A stretch of 59,105 nucleotides of DNA from an uncultured Gammaproteobacteria bacterium. Its GTDB lineage: Bacteria; Patescibacteriota; Patescibacteriia; 2-01-FULL-39-33. Positions 55,901 to 59,105 of the stretch are shown here, piece by piece. Position 1 is the stretch's first letter. Every line of letters begins with the position of its first letter. A program made the translations under genes and the position numbers. The notes under the pieces were generated by a model. That model did no database searches. It was not told the origin of the DNA and was given only the letters and a program-made list of their open reading frames with translations. The stretch lies in the NCBI GenBank assembly GCA_964536975.1, contig CAZHYS010000004.1, forward strand, positions 10,760 through 69,864, given 5' to 3'.

Positions 55901-56836
55901 ATGCTGGAAATAATCATCAATCTTATTTTGACTGGCTTGTTTTTGCGATTTCAAGCCGACAGCCAAATTACCGTTGATAATTTGGCTGACTCTCAATATC
56001 ATTTGTCCCAGGAACAAGTGGGGGAGCTGTCTCGGACCGCGCCGCAAAAAAAGCCGGATGCGTCTTTGGGCGTGGAGGTGACTGCTCAAAGCGTTCTGGT
56101 CGTAGACAAGAAAACCGGCAAGGTTTTGTATCAAAAAAACCCGACCGAGATTCGTTCAATTGCTAGTTTGACCAAGCTGATGACCGCTTTGGTGTTTTTG
56201 GATAACAATCCCGGCTGGGATAAGACAGTAACCATAGAAAGCAGCGATTATCGCGAGGGCGCGACTGATTATTTTATTGCCGGCGAAGAGATTAGCGTGA
56301 GAGATTTGTTTTACGGCACACTAGTCGCCTCGGCTAATGAAGGAGCGGCCGCCTTGGCGCGAGCAACTGGTTTTAGCGAAGATGAATTCGTCCAAAAGAT
56401 GAACAGTAAGGCCAAGAGCCTGGGGTTGTCCGGCACCGCTTTTGTTGATTCCACCGGCCTCAAAGACGGCAACCGATCAAATGCCGCTGATGTGTTGTTG
56501 GTTTTGCGGGCGGCGTTGGCTCAGCCGCAAATTGCCGACGCGACCAGCGCCAATAGTTACGATATTTATATTATCAATAAGAATATCACTCGGCGGCTGG
56601 CCAATACCAATAAAATTTTAGGCCAAAGATTCGGCCTTAATGACGCTCAATATCAAGTGGAAGCCGGAAAAACCGGTTATTTGGAAGCGGCGGGCTATTG
56701 TCTGGCGACGCAAGTCAAGGACGACGTCAATAATAAGATTCTGGTGGTGGTTTTGGGCAGTCAGACTTTGAATGATCGTTTTAGTGACACCAAGAGTTTG
56801 GCTTATTGGGTTTTTAATAACTATTTTTGGCAATGA
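55901..56836 (+). CDS. D-alanyl-D-alanine carboxypeptidase/endopeptidase (peptidase S11)
   Basis: SIASLTKLMT (SxxK), SAN (SxN), GKTG (KTG). Confidence 0.93.
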   Translation: MLEIIINLILTGLFLRFQADSQITVDNLADSQYHLSQEQVGELSRTAPQKKPDASLGVEVTAQSVLVVDKKTGKVLYQKNPTEIRSIASLTKLMTALVFLDNNPGWDKTVTIESSDYREGATDYFIAGEEISVRDLFYGTLVASANEGAAALARATGFSEDEFVQKMNSKAKSLGLSGTAFVDSTGLKDGNRSNAADVLLVLRAALAQPQIADATSANSYDIYIINKNITRRLANTNKILGQRFGLNDAQYQVEAGKTGYLEAAGYCLATQVKDDVNNKILVVVLGSQTLNDRFSDTKSLAYWVFNNYFWQ

Positions 56837-57342
56837 ATTTTCTCTGGCAATATCTAATCAGTTTTAAAAGTTTGCCACCGGAAGCGATTACGATCATTGT
56901 TTCCATGATTCCCATTGGCGAACTCCGTGTCGGCCTGCCATTGGCAATATCGTCATTGGGTTTGAACTGGTGGGAAGCGTATATTTTTTCGGTTGTCGGC
57001 AATTTTATCCCGGTAATTTTTATTTTGAAATTAATCGGCCCGGTGTCATCCTGGCTGGCCAAAAATTTTTCTTTTTTCAAAAAATTTTTTGATTGGCTGT
57101 TTGAGCGGACTAGAAATAAATTATCAAAAAATTATGAACTGTACGGCTTGTGGGCGTTAGCATTGTTTGTGGCTGTGCCATTGCCAATTACCGGCGCTTG
57201 GACCGGTGCTTTGGCTGCTTGGCTGTTTGGGCTGGATTGGAAAAAATCCGCTGTTTATATTCTGATAGGCATAATGCTGGCTGGTATTGTCGTCACCTTG
57301 ATTACCACCGGTATTTTGGGATTTTTGTCCTGGCTGTTATAA
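56827..57342 (+). CDS. Putative small multi-drug export family membrane protein
   Basis: SMIPIGELRVGLP, GNFIPV, LFVAVPLP.TGAWTGAL.A.LFG. Confidence 0.85.
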   Translation: MAMNFLWQYLISFKSLPPEAITIIVSMIPIGELRVGLPLAISSLGLNWWEAYIFSVVGNFIPVIFILKLIGPVSSWLAKNFSFFKKFFDWLFERTRNKLSKNYELYGLWALALFVAVPLPITGAWTGALAAWLFGLDWKKSAVYILIGIMLAGIVVTLITTGILGFLSWLL

Positions 57343-57350
57343 TTTCATAT

Positions 57351-58115
57351 ATGACCAAACCGATTTTTATCGCCAACTGGAAAATGAATCTGACCCTGAA
57401 AGAAAGGGAGAACTTGGCTTTGGCAGTAAAAAAAGAGCTGGCTGCCGAGGCTGGCGGAAAAGACATAGTTATTTGTCCGCCCTTTGTCAGTCTGGCGTCA
57501 ATTGGAGAAATTTTGAAGGGTAGTGGCATAAAGCTCGGCGCGCAGGATGTTTTTTGGGAGGAGACAGGCGCTTATACTGGTGAGATTTCCCCTGTTATTT
57601 TGAAGGAGATAAATTGCCAATACGCGATCGTCGGCCATAGTGAGCGGCGGCAGTATTTGGGCGAGACTGATGAAATGGTCAACAAAAAAACGGCTGCTTG
57701 CTTGGATAGCGGACTCACGCCGATTATTTGCGTCGGTGAGACATTGGAGGAACGGCGGGACAATCGGACCGGCGCGGTAGTCCATTTGCAGGTATCGCGC
57801 GCGCTGGAAGGAATTGATCTTGTTGACGCCGAACAAATAATTATCGCTTATGAGCCGGTCTGGGTGATCGGCTCCGGCCGGCCGATTTCACCGGAAGATG
57901 CCGGTGAGGCCTTGGCGGTCATCAGGCAGGCGCTCATTGACCTTTATCCATTGACAATAATCAATAATAATATTAGGCTGGTTTATGGGGGCAGCATTGG
58001 CTCTGACAGCGCCCGGGAGTTCTCCGAACTGGACTTAATGCGCGGTTTTTTGGTCGGCGGCGCCAGTTTGGATGCCAAGGAGTTTTGCCGAATAGTAAAA
58101 TCAAATTTTTCTTAA
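57351..58115 (+). CDS. tpiA: Triosephosphate isomerase (start corrected to ATG 57351)
   Basis: ANWKMN, GAYTGEISP, GHSERR, AYEPVW.IG, YGGS, LVGGASL. Confidence 0.98.
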   Translation: MTKPIFIANWKMNLTLKERENLALAVKKELAAEAGGKDIVICPPFVSLASIGEILKGSGIKLGAQDVFWEETGAYTGEISPVILKEINCQYAIVGHSERRQYLGETDEMVNKKTAACLDSGLTPIICVGETLEERRDNRTGAVVHLQVSRALEGIDLVDAEQIIIAYEPVWVIGSGRPISPEDAGEALAVIRQALIDLYPLTIINNNIRLVYGGSIGSDSAREFSELDLMRGFLVGGASLDAKEFCRIVKSNFS

Positions 58116-58124
58116 ATCAATCAG

Positions 58125-59006
58125 ATGGCTTTTCTAATTTTTTTAATCATCGTCATAGTTTTTTGCGGGGCGATACTTGGCTACATGGTGTTTAAGCGGT
58201 TGCCTGATTTACGGGCACTGGACACTTCTTCCATTCCCGAGGAAAAGCAAGAAGCCACCCGGACAAAAATTTTGGAAGCAAAATTTTCCCGCACCAGCGC
58301 GGAAATGTCCAAAAAAATCGGCGCGGCCGTGACGCCATTTAGAGAATCTTTTGTTTCTCGTTTTCGGGAATTAAAAGACAAGGTCTCCCGTCTGGAGGAG
58401 ACATATAAGTCGGAAGCGGCTAAGAAAAAACAGAAACGGCCGCCGACAATCAATGAGCTGTTTGTCTTGGCCAAAGATTTGATTGATCGAGATGATTTTC
58501 CCGGCGGGGAAAAAGCGCTAATTGAAATTATCTCCCGCGATAACAAAAATGTTGCGGCCTATGAGATGCTTGGTGATCTTTATTTTGACAATCGCAGTTA
58601 TGATCAGGCAGAGGAGATTTATAAATATCTACTCAAGCTTTATACTCTCAAGAATAAAAAATCCAAAAAGCAGCTTGACGCTCTGAATCTTAGTAGTGAC
58701 GAGATGCAACAGTTGGAGACGGATTTTTTGGCTGATTTGGATATTGATCCCAAGGTCGCCACTTATTATGATGATTTGGGGGAGCTTTATGAGGCGACCG
58801 GCAAAATTGATAAGGGGTTGGAAGCGTATTTGAAGGCGACGGCAATTGAGCCGAGTAATCCCAAATATCTCAACCGACTGATAGATTTCAGCATTAAGGC
58901 GGGGGATAAGACGTTGGCCAAAAAGACCTTCAATCGCTTAAAGCAAATAAACCCGGAAAATGCCAAATTGGGTGAATTGTATGAAGCTATTGAAAAAATG
59001 AAATAA
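58125..59006 (+). CDS. Membrane-anchored tetratricopeptide repeat protein
   Basis: N-terminal TM, coiled coil, TPR patterns AYEMLGDLYF...YDQAEEIY and LGELYEATG...AYLKA..IEPSNPKY. Confidence 0.85.
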   Translation: MAFLIFLIIVIVFCGAILGYMVFKRLPDLRALDTSSIPEEKQEATRTKILEAKFSRTSAEMSKKIGAAVTPFRESFVSRFRELKDKVSRLEETYKSEAAKKKQKRPPTINELFVLAKDLIDRDDFPGGEKALIEIISRDNKNVAAYEMLGDLYFDNRSYDQAEEIYKYLLKLYTLKNKKSKKQLDALNLSSDEMQQLETDFLADLDIDPKVATYYDDLGELYEATGKIDKGLEAYLKATAIEPSNPKYLNRLIDFSIKAGDKTLAKKTFNRLKQINPENAKLGELYEAIEKMK

Positions 59007-59018
59007 TTGTGTTAAGAT
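58990..59018 (+). promoter_or_regulatory. tRNA promoter
   Basis: TTGAAA, 17 nt spacer, TGtTAAGAT. Confidence 0.5.
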
Positions 59019-59031
59019 AGGAAAGAATTTT

Positions 59032-59105
59032 GCCGTTGTAGCTCAGTCGGTAGAGCGCATCCATGGTAAGGATGAGGTCTCCAGTTCGATCCTGGACAAC
59101 GGCTC
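59032..59105 (+). tRNA. tRNA-Thr(GGT); CCA cut by window edge
   Basis: Acceptor stem gccgttg/caacggc; D-arm gctcagtcggtagagc; anticodon stem catcc/ggatg with loop atGGTaa; T-arm tccag-ttcgatc-ctgga. Confidence 0.97.

Noticed and set aside
1-59105. Mobile elements, prophage or defence systems
   Set aside because: I recognised no transposase, integrase, phage structural, restriction-modification, toxin or cas motifs in any ORF.

Overview
This is a core-chromosome segment of a small-genome bacterium, almost certainly Patescibacteria/CPR (Parcubacteria-like). The evidence is the absence of rpmD/L30 from the spc operon, an AspRS lacking the GAD insert, VirB2/TrbC-like pilin fusion giants, a split ComEC and mostly SD-less starts. 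Genetic code 11 applies. Nearly all genes are on the + strand. In order: LCP ligase (-); lepB-hisS-rpsU-yqeY; a 12.4 kb surface-protein cassette (981-aa and 2539-aa pilin-fusion proteins plus two TSP3 Ca-binding repeat membrane proteins); ybeY; ftsA-X-ftsZ; class III RNR whose glycyl-radical domain is a separate 50-aa gene missing from the ORF track, then nrdG; prfB with a programmed +1 frameshift; split comEC; a response regulator; ndk; rpmB (-, missing from the track); an M50 protease; an interrupted str operon; the S10 and spc operons; secY-adk-map; ruvX, recO, aspS, HD protein, YbaK-like protein, scpAB, a D,D-peptidase, tpiA, a TPR protein and tRNA-Thr(GGT). I saw no CRISPR array, transposase, integrase or phage genes. 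The best leads are the pilin-cargo giant protein cassette, the split NrdD with a detachable radical domain, an attenuator-like RNA between rpsJ and rplC, an amphipathic N-terminal tail on uL23, a U(-1) SD-less initiation signature, and an in-frame palindromic tandem element in map. All family assignments come from motif recognition by eye; no searches were run.
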